A stretch of 32,000 nt of DNA, from the NCBI GenBank assembly GCA_021650915.1, contig CP091279.1, positions 3,930,001-3,962,000 of the forward strand, given 5' to 3'. Source of the DNA: Candidatus Brocadia sp. (GTDB taxonomy: Bacteria; Planctomycetota; Brocadiia; Brocadiales; Brocadiaceae). The notes beneath the pieces are model-generated. The model searched no databases, was not told where the DNA came from, and saw only the letters and a list, made by a program, of their open reading frames with translations. This document shows, piece by piece, positions 1-8,006 of the stretch (position 1 is its first letter; each line of letters begins with the position of its first letter). A program made the position numbers and the translations under genes.

Positions 1-1
1 T

Positions 2-457
2 GAACTTGAACCAATCACCCTTGAGCTTACTTACGGACTCGAACGCATCGCCATGTTCATCCAGGAAAAAGAATCGGTATTCGATCTTGAATGGGTCAAG
101 GGCTACACTTACGGCGATATCCACAAGCAGGACGAAGTCCAGTTTTCCACCTATAATTTTAAAGTTGCAGACACGACCATGCTTTTCCAGCTCTTTGATG
201 CATACGAAAAGGAATGCCAGCGACTGCTCAAAGAAGACCTGGTGTTGCCCGCCTATGATTACGTTTTAAAGTGCTCACACACGTTTAATCTGTTGGATGC
301 CCGCGGGGCTATCGGAGTCACCCAGCGTACTGGTTATATCGGAAGGGTAAGAAACCTCGCCCGACGCTGTGCCGAAAGTTACGTCCAGTTGCGCGAGACG
401 CTGCATTGGCCGCTACTAAAGGAATTCAAGGCGAAAAAATATGAATACGCGGAATAA
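2..457 (+). CDS. glyQ: Glycine--tRNA ligase alpha subunit, 3' part (5' end outside window)
   Basis: The frame is open from base 2 and reads [21 protein letters not shown]...[34 protein letters not shown], the conserved C-terminal half of GlyQ. Stop TAA at 455-457. Confidence 0.9.
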   Translation, partial: ELEPITLELTYGLERIAMFIQEKESVFDLEWVKGYTYGDIHKQDEVQFSTYNFKVADTTMLFQLFDAYEKECQRLLKEDLVLPAYDYVLKCSHTFNLLDARGAIGVTQRTGYIGRVRNLARRCAESYVQLRETLHWPLLKEFKAKKYEYAE

Positions 458-869
458 CCATAATTGCGCAGGTTTGCGTTACATAGACTTATTCTGTGGA
501 ATCGGAGGATTTCGCCTTGCTATTGAAGATGTTTGTCGAAAAAATGGCGTCCAAGCAGAGTGCGTTTTTTCATGTGAAATTGACGAAGAATGCCGCAAGT
601 CGTATTTGGCAAATTTCTCTGATTTACCTCATGGTGACATTACACAAATTTCCGAAAAGGCTGTTCCGGATCACGAAATTTTGCTCGCCGGCTTTCCATA
701 TCAACCTTTTAGCATTATTGGCAAAAGAAAGGGGTTTGAGGACACAAGAGGCACTTTGTTTTTTGATATTGCCCGAATAATACAGGCAAAACAACCGACT
801 GCATTTGTGCTGGAAAACGTTAAACTTCTTTCTGGGCATAATCAAGGAAAGACCTTGGTGACATGTTAA
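441..869 (+). pseudogene. DNA (cytosine-5) methyltransferase, N-terminal fragment only (motifs I-VI), catalytic Cys replaced by Tyr
   Basis: Motif I is DLFCGIGGF. Motif IV reads GFPYQPFS instead of GFPCQPFS (TAT codon). TRGTLFF and motif VI (LENV) are present. The ORF stops after 142 aa, so motif VIII, the target-recognition domain and motifs IX-X are absent. The start overlaps the glyQ stop. Confidence 0.85.
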
Positions 870-1858
870 CGGAGTTTAAAGTCGGTGAAAAATACACAAA
901 TGATTAGATTCGCTTTGCATTGAACGTAGAAAATTTGGGTGGTATTCGTCCTTCTGTTGATGCAAACAAGAATCTTAACCATCTTGTTATATTAACTACA
1001 ACAGAGCAGTATGCGAAAAACATAGCAGAAAATCCTTACCATGACAGGATCGAAAACAACATACTAATTTACACGGCGCAAGGAAGAACTGGCGATCAAG
1101 AAATCAGCGGTAGGAACAAAAGGATTATTGAACAATACTCTGCGCCAATTCCTTTTTATGGCTTTTCAAACGAAGGAAGACAAAAATATACATTTCCTGG
1201 ATTGCTTGAGCTTCTTCGCCATTTCCAAGAATATCAGATAGACAAAAAGAATATCTTAAGAAAGGTTTGGGTTTTCGAATTTTACATTCATGACGAAATA
1301 CCAACAGTTCCTATCCAAAATGCAAAAGACTTAATTGTTGCAATATTTAAGGAATCAAGAAAAATCCGCGAAATAGAGAGAGAAGAAAGAGAAGTCATTT
1401 TATCTGAAGTTCAACAAAAAGTTTATGAAACTGCAAATTGTGAAACAGAAGAAATTCGTTCTTATCTTCTTCGTATTAATCCGTATCGTTTTGAATTTCT
1501 TGTAAAAGATGTAGTTGCGTCGAATGGTTTTATAAATGTTACCGTGACGACTCCTTCACAAGATGGAGGGATTGATGTAAATGGATATGTTGCAGAATCT
1601 AATTACTTTTTCTCTAGGACGCATGTTCAATTCCAGGTAAAACGTTGGCGTCATTCTGTGGGCAGTGTCGAAATTAACAATTTCAGAGGTGCGCTGCACA
1701 CAACCGCAAAAGGGATATTTGTGACTACAAGCCACTTTACGAAGGCTGCAATGCAAGAGGCAGAACATTCTGTCAAACCTTGCATTTCACTTATCGATGG
1801 ATTTAGGTTTTCAAAACTCATAAAAGACACTGGAATAAACATAAACAAATATCTGTGA
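863..1858 (+). pseudogene. Type IV (modification-dependent) restriction endonuclease: SRA/YDG-like N-terminal domain plus Mrr-type PD-(D/E)xK C-terminal domain. In-frame TAG at 905-907
   Basis: ATG at 863 gives MLTEFKVGEKYTND*IRFALNVENLGGIRPS, in frame with the listed ORF 920..1858 (TTG start). IYTAQGRTGDQEISGRNKRI resembles the SRA YTGxGGxxDQxxxxxNxAL signature. The C-terminus, GGIDVNGY...VQFQVKRW...FRGAL...KGIFVTTSHFTKAA, matches the Mrr catalytic core. Confidence 0.7.
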
Positions 1859-1903
1859 GGTCTTATGACTAAAAAGCACTGTGATGAAAAATGAGACTGC
1901 TAT

Positions 1904-2059
1904 ATGTGTGGCAAAGAAACCGTTTCACAACTCACTCCTGGAGGGTGGTTGGGCAATTACCATCCGCTCTGTGACCCATGTGCGGATTCTATCTTTCTCG
2001 ATGTCACATCCAAATTCCATGCCGCTATGACGTTTCATTATGCGGTTGGCGATTTCTAA
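1904..2059 (+). CDS. Small hypothetical protein with CxxC...CxxC (zinc-ribbon-like)
   Basis: MCGKETVSQLTPGGWLGNYHPLCDPCADSIFLDVTSKFHAAMTFHYAVGDF (51 aa). The same frame is also open from ATG 1865 (MTKKHCDEK) but is interrupted by TGA at 1892-1894. Too short for the supplied ORF track. Confidence 0.3.
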   Translation: MCGKETVSQLTPGGWLGNYHPLCDPCADSIFLDVTSKFHAAMTFHYAVGDF

Positions 2060-2072
2060 ACGGACGCTATAG

Positions 2073-2218
2073 TTATTGAACAAACGGCTTATTTCAGGTA
2101 GAAATTCGCCTGTGTACTCATTCGGCGATAGAGAAGTAAGCGAATGTAATCCAAATGAACTTGGAGAAAAAATACTCGCTATTTGGAATGAGCGTGTTGC
2201 GGCAGTTCGCAAGTTTTT
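2073..2218 (+). pseudogene. Left half of an ORF split by IS insertion (unknown function)
   Basis: The open frame ...ECNPNELGEKILAIWNERVAAVRKF runs into the target-site copy AAGTTTTT (2211-2218). After removing the IS and one duplication copy it joins in frame with 3613..3928. Confidence 0.4.
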
Positions 2219-3604
2219 GGTAGAGTAGAAAAAGAGAGACTTGGTTAAAGAAAAAGCCCTCCAAATATGGTAAAAAATAGTTTTGATACAAGAAACTAAA
2301 CCATAAAGAAAAGGAGGGCTATATGGGAGCAACCCCATGCACAGATGGTATCACAATAGAATTTGGTTGTCAAATTCGGGTTGAATTAAAGGACGGCAGC
2401 CTGGAGTCGATTCTCAAGGCATTTTGCAAGATACTGCCGGAGATATTAAGGGATTTTATTCAGAAGATCGTGGTTGGTTTTGGTGAGAGTGCGATGGCGC
2501 AATCACGGAAGCCATTTTGCTGCGACGAATGTGGGAATGACAAGGAGTTTATCTGGAAGACGAGGCATGGAAAAGAGACGAAGATACTGACGGTCTTTCA
2601 GTGGTTGAGATTAGAGCAGTTGCAGGTGCAGTGCAAGAGGTGCGGTCATAAGATGTATATAACGCGAAAGCTTCTGGGGATGGAGCGGATGAAGCGAATA
2701 CCACCGGAGACGTATCGGAAGCTTGGGCTGGTAGGATCGTTAACGACCTACCGGGTAGCGAAGAAGATCGTGTCGATGTTTGGCTGGACAGTAGACAAGA
2801 TGACGATATGGAAATCGGTACAAAAGACGGCAGCAGAGATAGATTTTCAACTCGACGAGAAGGGACTTCCCCTGGGAGAAGCAGACGGGACAGGGGTAGG
2901 GATTAAGGGATAGCCAAACGAGGCAAGGAACTCAAGGTCTTTGTGCAATACAAGAGCGGTGGAGGGGTGAGAGTGGCAGGGCTTGACATAGGGGATTACA
3001 ACGGTAGTTGGGATAAGCTTTTTGGTAAGAGTGTTAAGGTGTTCAGGAAGTTTTCCCGGTTTCTTTTGATAACCGATGGAGACACCTCTATTTTGGATAG
3101 TTTGAAAGGTAAGATCAAGGTGCTTGTACAGAGATGTTTGTGGCATATTCCGTATCAGGCAAAGTATGTATTGTGGCAAGATGGGGTCAAGAGCAAGGGG
3201 AAAGAATGGCTGGAGGTGATGTCGGAGCTTATGGAGGTCTGTGCGATACGGCCATTGGTTGATTGTCAGAAGACCATCGAGAAAATGATAGAGTCCAAGA
3301 GGAAACGATTGGATGCGGTGATTCAGCATTGTTTGTCGAAGGGATATGCTCATACCGCATCCTATCTTGAGAATGCCAGGCCTGATATGTTTACGGCGAT
3401 AGAAAAGAGGCTCAATGGCAGAACGACAAGTAAAGTAGAGCGCGTCATGCGTACGGTTAACCTGCGGGTGAATGTGAGCAAATGGAGTGTTGCTGGGGCG
3501 CTGAACGTTACCAAAATTCGGCTTGCCTATTACTACAACGGCTTTGATGCGTGACAACTATACATTGGAGGACTTTTCTCAGGTCTCCACTTGACAACGC
3601 TACT
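2219..3604 (+). mobile_element. Insertion sequence (~1.39 kb), DDE transposase with N-terminal double CxxC. Family uncertain (ISL3-like or ISKra4/UPF0236-like)
   Basis: 8-bp direct repeats AAGTTTTT sit at 2211-2218 and 3605-3612. The imperfect terminal inverted repeats are about 50 bp: left GGTAGAGTAG...GAGAC...GAAAAAGCCCTCCAAATATGG versus reverse complement of right AGTAGCGTTG...GAGAC...GAAAAGTCCTCCAATGTATAG. Confidence 0.7.
2323..3554 (+). pseudogene. IS transposase, split into two frames by a frameshift near 2905-2913
   Basis: ORF 2323..2913 ends ...GEADGTGVGIKG*. Frame -1 is open only from 2907 and continues GIAKRGKELKVFVQYKSGGG...LLITDGDTSI...SKVERVMRTVNLR (listed ORF 2943..3554). The frames can be joined only within a 2-codon window. 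Confidence 0.75.
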
Positions 3605-3612
3605 AAGTTTTT

Positions 3613-3928
3613 TAAACATGTAAGGACAATTGTTCTTGTAAAATCCAATGATTTACTCGAATTAGCCGTTTTTGAATTTGATACCACCATTTATCCTGCT
3701 GACCAATTTATGTGGAAATGGAATGAAAGAAATAATCTCGAAGGGTACGAAAAACCTTCAAACTTGCACAAATTCACTTGGCAACCTCACGGTTCACAAT
3801 TTACAATCATAGAAAATGTTCCCAAAGATCGCCTCGCTCTACGAATCAAGCAACCACCAAAACTTGATAGTAATGCAATTCTAAAAGCTTTGAAATTTAA
3901 TAGTTCGTGGATAGAAATTCTAAAGTAA
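3613..3928 (+). pseudogene. Right half of the IS-split ORF (unknown function). Possibly a remnant of the cognate restriction endonuclease of the dead C5-MTase
   Basis: The listed ORF 3551..3928 starts inside the IS right end. From 3613 it reads KHVRTIVLVKSNDLLELAVFEFDTTIYPADQF...SSWIEILK. I recognise no family motif. It ends 7 nt before vsr. Confidence 0.4.
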
Positions 3929-3935
3929 CCGATTT

Positions 3936-4346
3936 ATGGATACCTTCAGTAGTGCCGTGCGTTCTCGCATTATGGCACGCGTACGTTCACAGAGAAATAG
4001 GTCTACAGAGCTAAAAATTATTGAAATTTTAAAAAGAGGAGGGTTGAAAGGATGGAGAAGAAACTCTCCATTGCATGGCAAGCCTGACTTTATTTACCCG
4101 AAACAAAGAATCGCTCTTTTTGTAGATGGCTGTTTCTGGCATGGTTGTCCTAAATGTTGCCGTATGCCAAGCGCGCATCGCAAGTATTGGGTGAATAAAA
4201 TTGAAAGAAATAAAAATAGAGATAAAGACGTTACAAAGGCGCTAAAGAAAAAAGGTTGGAAAGTAATAAGAATTTGGGAACACGAAATAAGCGCGGCAAA
4301 AATAGCTAGGAAATTAAATATCCTCAGCAAATATTATAAAACCTAA
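3936..4346 (+). CDS. vsr: Very short patch repair (T:G mismatch) endonuclease
   Basis: SRIMARVRSQRNRSTELKI...GKPDFIYPKQRIALFVDGCFWHGCP...YWVNKIERNKNRD...GWKVIRIWEHE is the canonical Vsr sequence pattern, full length at 136 aa. Confidence 0.9.
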   Translation: MDTFSSAVRSRIMARVRSQRNRSTELKIIEILKRGGLKGWRRNSPLHGKPDFIYPKQRIALFVDGCFWHGCPKCCRMPSAHRKYWVNKIERNKNRDKDVTKALKKKGWKVIRIWEHEISAAKIARKLNILSKYYKT

Positions 4347-4423
4347 ATTCTGTAAATGATTTTCGAGTAGCAAATAATCGGCCTTCCATAGTATCTTTGC
4401 TATGCAAAAATCAGTAGCAAACT

Positions 4424-4750
4424 TCAATGATTAGTGGCTTGCTGAGTTACCCGGTGGTTGGTCGACGGGCGGAAACGAGAAAGAGCACTGCCTACATCAT
4501 TCTGAGCAACAAAATCCGGAATAGAGACATACCGTCCGCCTGTGCTTATTTGCCACAAACCGTCTTGCATCTGGCACTCAAGGCAATTCTCAGACAAACG
4601 GTTGATTCGTAACAAGCGGGCATTTTGTGAACTTCGCGGATCTGTTTCATACGGTGCAATAATATTAAAACCGCAGTAGCATTTTTTTCCCTCTGATGTG
4701 AAGACTTGCTTGTGGTGTTTCCGGAGATAATCATGCCTGATATTGATGAA
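4424..4750 (-). pseudogene. Possible gene remnant with CYCG...CLEC cysteine pairs and no usable start
   Basis: One minus-strand frame is open for about 109 codons (KGKNVKQFINIRHDYLRKHHKQVFTSEGKKCYCGFNIIAPYETDPRSSQNARLLRINRLSENCLECQ...) but has no ATG. The only ATG (4761) is in another frame that reads low-complexity SSSSSIS. An A7 run lies between them. Confidence 0.2.
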
Positions 4751-4924
4751 CTGCTTGACATTTTTTCCTTTTTATGCTGTGCTTAATTAGTGTCGAATTC
4801 TTATCCTTGAATATCCTGTGCCGCTGCTACCTGGCACTTTGGCGGAATTGATGCGTACGGAGATACTGTTGGGTTTACCTTGCGAATTATTGAACTATAA
4901 AAAAGAAAGGGGGGAAAGGGTACG

Positions 4925-6037
4925 ATGAACGCAACATTAGCTCAGAGTTCGTGGAAAGTTGCTAAGATCATGGGGATACCCATACGGGTGCATTTCTCGT
5001 GGTTTATTGTCTTTGGTCTGATAACATGGTCGTTGTCCACTCGTTATTTCCCAAAAGCGGCACCCGATCTTCCGGCGGCAACCTACTGGATTAAGAGTGT
5101 GCTTGCGGCCTTGCTGCTCTTTGCCTCCGTTGCGTTTCATGAGCTCTCCCATTCGTATATTGCAAAAAAATACCGCGTTTCTGTTACCGGCATTACCCTG
5201 TTTATTTTCGGAGGTGTTGCACAGATGAAAGGAGAACCGCCGCATCCCCGGGCGGAGTTCAGGATCGCAATCGCCGGACCTCTTTCAAGCTTTCTCCTGT
5301 CGGGTCTTTTTTTCCTCGTATCTGAAAATACGTCCGGTGGATCAAGGGCGCTCTTTTCTTACCTTATGCGAGTTAATCTTATCCTCGGCGCTTTCAATCT
5401 TATTCCGGGTTTTCCGATGGACGGCGGAAGGATACTCAGGGCAGCACTATGGAGCAGGACAAAGGATTTTTTTTATGCTACCCAAAAGGCGTCCATCTTC
5501 GGGCAACGAATCGCCTTGTTCTTTCTCCTTTTTGGTTTATTTTCAATTTTTTCAGGTTCTTCCGGTGGATTGTGGCTGCTGCTTATCGGATGGTTCCTCT
5601 ACATGGCGGCTCAGTCAAGCCAGCAACAGTCAACCCTTCAGGAAGCGCTCTTGACTATCAAGGTCAAAAACGTTATGGCGACAGATATAGTAACCATTGA
5701 TTCCTCCATTCCTCTTGAGGAGGCAGTCGACAAATATTTTCTGAGATACGGCTACGGTGGATTCCCTGTCACGGACAACGGAAAATTTCTGGGCATGATA
5801 ACCCTTAAGGAGATCAAAAATGTCAGTCGGACAGATTGGAGGGAAGTAAAGGTTTCGGACATTCTGATTCCCCACGACAATAAATGGGAAATGACTCCTG
5901 ATTCTGATGTCATGAAGGCGCTTGAATTGATGATTAAAGAGGACAAGGGAAGGCTTGTCGTTATGAAAAATGAAAAAATCGTCGGGCTCATTACGAGGAA
6001 CGGTATTGCACGGTATTTACAGATTATGGGGAAATAA
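4925..6037 (+). CDS. Site-2 protease family (M50) zinc metalloprotease with C-terminal tandem CBS domains
   Basis: HExxH is present as FHELSHSY, and the second metal motif is NLIPGFPMDGGRIL. There are multiple TM segments. The C-terminal CBS pair shows VMATDIVTI...GGFPV and LVVMKNEKIVGLITRNGI. Confidence 0.85.
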   Translation: MNATLAQSSWKVAKIMGIPIRVHFSWFIVFGLITWSLSTRYFPKAAPDLPAATYWIKSVLAALLLFASVAFHELSHSYIAKKYRVSVTGITLFIFGGVAQMKGEPPHPRAEFRIAIAGPLSSFLLSGLFFLVSENTSGGSRALFSYLMRVNLILGAFNLIPGFPMDGGRILRAALWSRTKDFFYATQKASIFGQRIALFFLLFGLFSIFSGSSGGLWLLLIGWFLYMAAQSSQQQSTLQEALLTIKVKNVMATDIVTIDSSIPLEEAVDKYFLRYGYGGFPVTDNGKFLGMITLKEIKNVSRTDWREVKVSDILIPHDNKWEMTPDSDVMKALELMIKEDKGRLVVMKNEKIVGLITRNGIARYLQIMGK

Positions 6038-6445
6038 TCGGTGAAACACAAAATTCCTGAAACCAGATGGAGATATCTGCGACCGCGTCATACTTACATA
6101 CGGCAGGAAAGGATACGATAGCAACCCTTTCTATGCTCAGAAGAGTTATTAAGTGTCTCATAATTGTATTGATTCGTCGTATGCTTTCCTTCTCCAATAT
6201 TGAGGCGCTAAACGGACAGCTTAATGTGTGTTCTATTATGAGACGATTAATAAGCATCTTTTCAAGGGAAACAAATTGCGGTTACCTCTTTTGCACCTTG
6301 TTTCACGGCAACACCATTTACGCGGCACAATATTTCATCTCGCATGGAGAGATGTTGCACGGCAAACGTGGAAAAATACAGAACTTCATGCCGCATTTTT
6401 AGCAAATAATTTCTCACGCTTTAGGGAACAACCTATTATCAGAAC

Positions 6446-7492
6446 ATGGAATGGATAATTGTAATCGTATTAGTCCTTTTTAATGGTGTATTTTCTTGTA
6501 TGGAAATGGCGTTTGCCTCTGCCAATGTACCCCTTTTACGGGAAATGGCCTCGAAAGGTAATACCTCTGCAAAGATATTTATTCATCTCAAAGGACGCCC
6601 GGAAAGAACTTTTGCCGTTATTCAGATAGGTATCACGCTGGTGGGAATATCGTCTGCGGCAGTAGGCGGCGCCGAAGTTAAGACATCTATCCTTCCATAC
6701 ATCAGGGACCTTTTCCATGTTTCCGGTGCCTTTGCTGAAATTCTTGGGATCGTATTTTTCATCATTCCATTTACCTTTTTTACGGTTATTATTGGCGAAC
6801 TCGTACCCAAAGCTATTGCAATCCGTTATCCGGAAGAAGTGTCTTTGTTCTCCAGTCGTTTGTTAACCCTTATGACAAAGATTGCTTCACCTTTGGTCCA
6901 TATCCTGGAAAAATCGACAGTAAAGCTGCTTTTCCTTATAGGGATCCGCCACAGTCCTCCTTCTGAAGAAACGGTTCCAGATTTGCCTCTGAAATCATTG
7001 CATCCGTTTCACAGAGATTACATTTTAAATTTATTTGCACTGCGTTTTAAGAAGGCATCTGATGTTATGCTTCCTTTTCATAAAGTTGTTGCCATTCACA
7101 GCTCTATGGGCAAAGAGGAAATATTAAAAATCATCATTGCCTGTGGGCATACCAGGATTCCCGTCGTCTCTGACGAAACCGAGCCACGAGTAGTTGGTAT
7201 CCTCCACACAAAGGAATTTGTGGCCATGATGGACACCAAAACAGAATTTTCTTTAACTAGCTTACTCCGTAAACCGTATTTTATCGATGCTAATGAATCC
7301 ATTCTCAGGATACTCAAGAATTTCCAGGGGAATCGAATCCACATGGCCATAGTGCTCCGGGATACCAGGCCCATAGGCATCATATCATTAGAAGATATTA
7401 TAGAAGAGGTTGTCGGTGAAATTTATGATGAAGACGATGATGGAATCGTAAAAAGGATATGGAATCAACGAATCAGCACAAGAAGGCAGTAA
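6446..7492 (+). CDS. CNNM/DUF21 transmembrane domain plus CBS-pair protein (CorB/TlyC-like putative Mg2+/Co2+ transporter)
   Basis: The N-terminal TM region has the AFASANVPLL and GELVPKAIA motifs typical of DUF21. A CBS pair follows (GHTRIPVVSDE...VVGILHTKE; HMAIVLRDTRPIGIISLEDIIEEVVGEIYDEDD). The protein ends shortly after the EIxDExD motif. Confidence 0.8.
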   Translation: MEWIIVIVLVLFNGVFSCMEMAFASANVPLLREMASKGNTSAKIFIHLKGRPERTFAVIQIGITLVGISSAAVGGAEVKTSILPYIRDLFHVSGAFAEILGIVFFIIPFTFFTVIIGELVPKAIAIRYPEEVSLFSSRLLTLMTKIASPLVHILEKSTVKLLFLIGIRHSPPSEETVPDLPLKSLHPFHRDYILNLFALRFKKASDVMLPFHKVVAIHSSMGKEEILKIIIACGHTRIPVVSDETEPRVVGILHTKEFVAMMDTKTEFSLTSLLRKPYFIDANESILRILKNFQGNRIHMAIVLRDTRPIGIISLEDIIEEVVGEIYDEDDDGIVKRIWNQRISTRRQ

Positions 7493-7548
7493 ATGAAACG
7501 TTCACTTGCAGAGAACGAACCATATCGTGTTGCCGTATTAAATCTTTC

Positions 7549-7700
7549 GTAATACTTTAGTTTTTTGAAAAGGCAGGGGCGAAGCATTCGCTTGCTTGGG
7601 GTGTGAATACCTGTATGCCAATGTATGGCAAATGCTTCGTCCCTGCACCATGCGGTAATATCGTTATTATGGTAATTTTTCAAAGAAACTAAAGTGTTGC
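7549..7700. mobile_element. MITE copy 1 (152 bp), nested inverted repeats, 8-bp target-site duplication AATCTTTC
   Basis: Termini are GTAATACTTTAGTTTTTTGAAAA ... TTTTCAAAGAAACTAAAGTGTTGC. The internal inverted repeat is GGGGCGAAGCATT...AATGCTTCGTCCCT. It is flanked by AATCTTTC at 7541-7548 and 7701-7708. A second copy lies at 16911-17061. Confidence 0.8.
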
Positions 7701-7899
7701 AATCTTTCTTTTTTGCGTATCATTGCTTCTTCCTGTATTTGACGTAGTCCTGAAAAAATATCTCCTACCTTGCAATCTCTGTTTTAAGTTACTATAATGT
7801 ATCCCGTTCTCCCGACGTCTCCGTGTTCAGGATTCAATAATCACAATCATGTAGTTTTCTAAAAATTTCCAACAAAAACAGGATATTGCATACCGTAGC

Positions 7900-7918
7900 G
7901 GCAGGTTTCAAACTTGCC
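7900..7918. repeat. Short REP-like palindrome GGCAGGTTTCAAACTTGCC upstream of gdh
   Basis: It is near-self-complementary over 19 bp (3 mismatches against its own reverse complement) and lies in the intergenic region. Confidence 0.4.
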
Positions 7919-8006
7919 CCTGCAAGACAATAATTATCCTTAACAGAGGGTTTTTCAAAAAACTCCATTGTTACCAATAATCTTATCCGATGAGGGACTA
8001 TGCGAG

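Noticed and set aside
905-907. In-frame TAG (and TGA at 1892-1894) as programmed recoding (pyrrolysine or selenocysteine)
   Set aside because: I see no SECIS-like hairpin directly downstream of the TGA and no Pyl or Sec machinery in the window. The locus contains several other inactivating lesions, so a nonsense mutation or sequencing error is the simpler reading.
1925-2338. 137-aa minus-strand ORF
   Set aside because: It runs across the IS left terminus and target-site duplication and overlaps both the transposase start and the small Zn-ribbon ORF. It has no motifs, and a gene crossing an insertion boundary is unlikely to be genuine.
2902-2915. Programmed -1 frameshift in the transposase
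   Set aside because: There is no slippery heptamer (A AAA AAG type) and no obvious downstream structure. The overlap window between frames is only two codons, which fits a 1-nt indel better.
2847-3557. 236-aa ORF on the minus strand
   Set aside because: It is entirely antisense to the transposase gene. The composition is odd (His/Pro/Leu-rich, no motifs). It is a typical shadow ORF.
3602-3615. 14-mer ACTAAGTTTTTTAA shared between the IS right flank and 29053-29066
   Set aside because: A single AT-rich 14-mer match is about what chance predicts in a 32-kb window searched on both strands. The flanks do not extend the similarity.
6038-6445. Possible riboswitch or leader upstream of the CNNM/CorB-like gene; ORFs 6067..6402, 6228..6458 and 6024..6257
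   Set aside because: I could not recognise conserved M-box or other riboswitch cores by eye. The ORFs overlap one another and lack motifs. The region is left unannotated, and an Rfam scan would decide.
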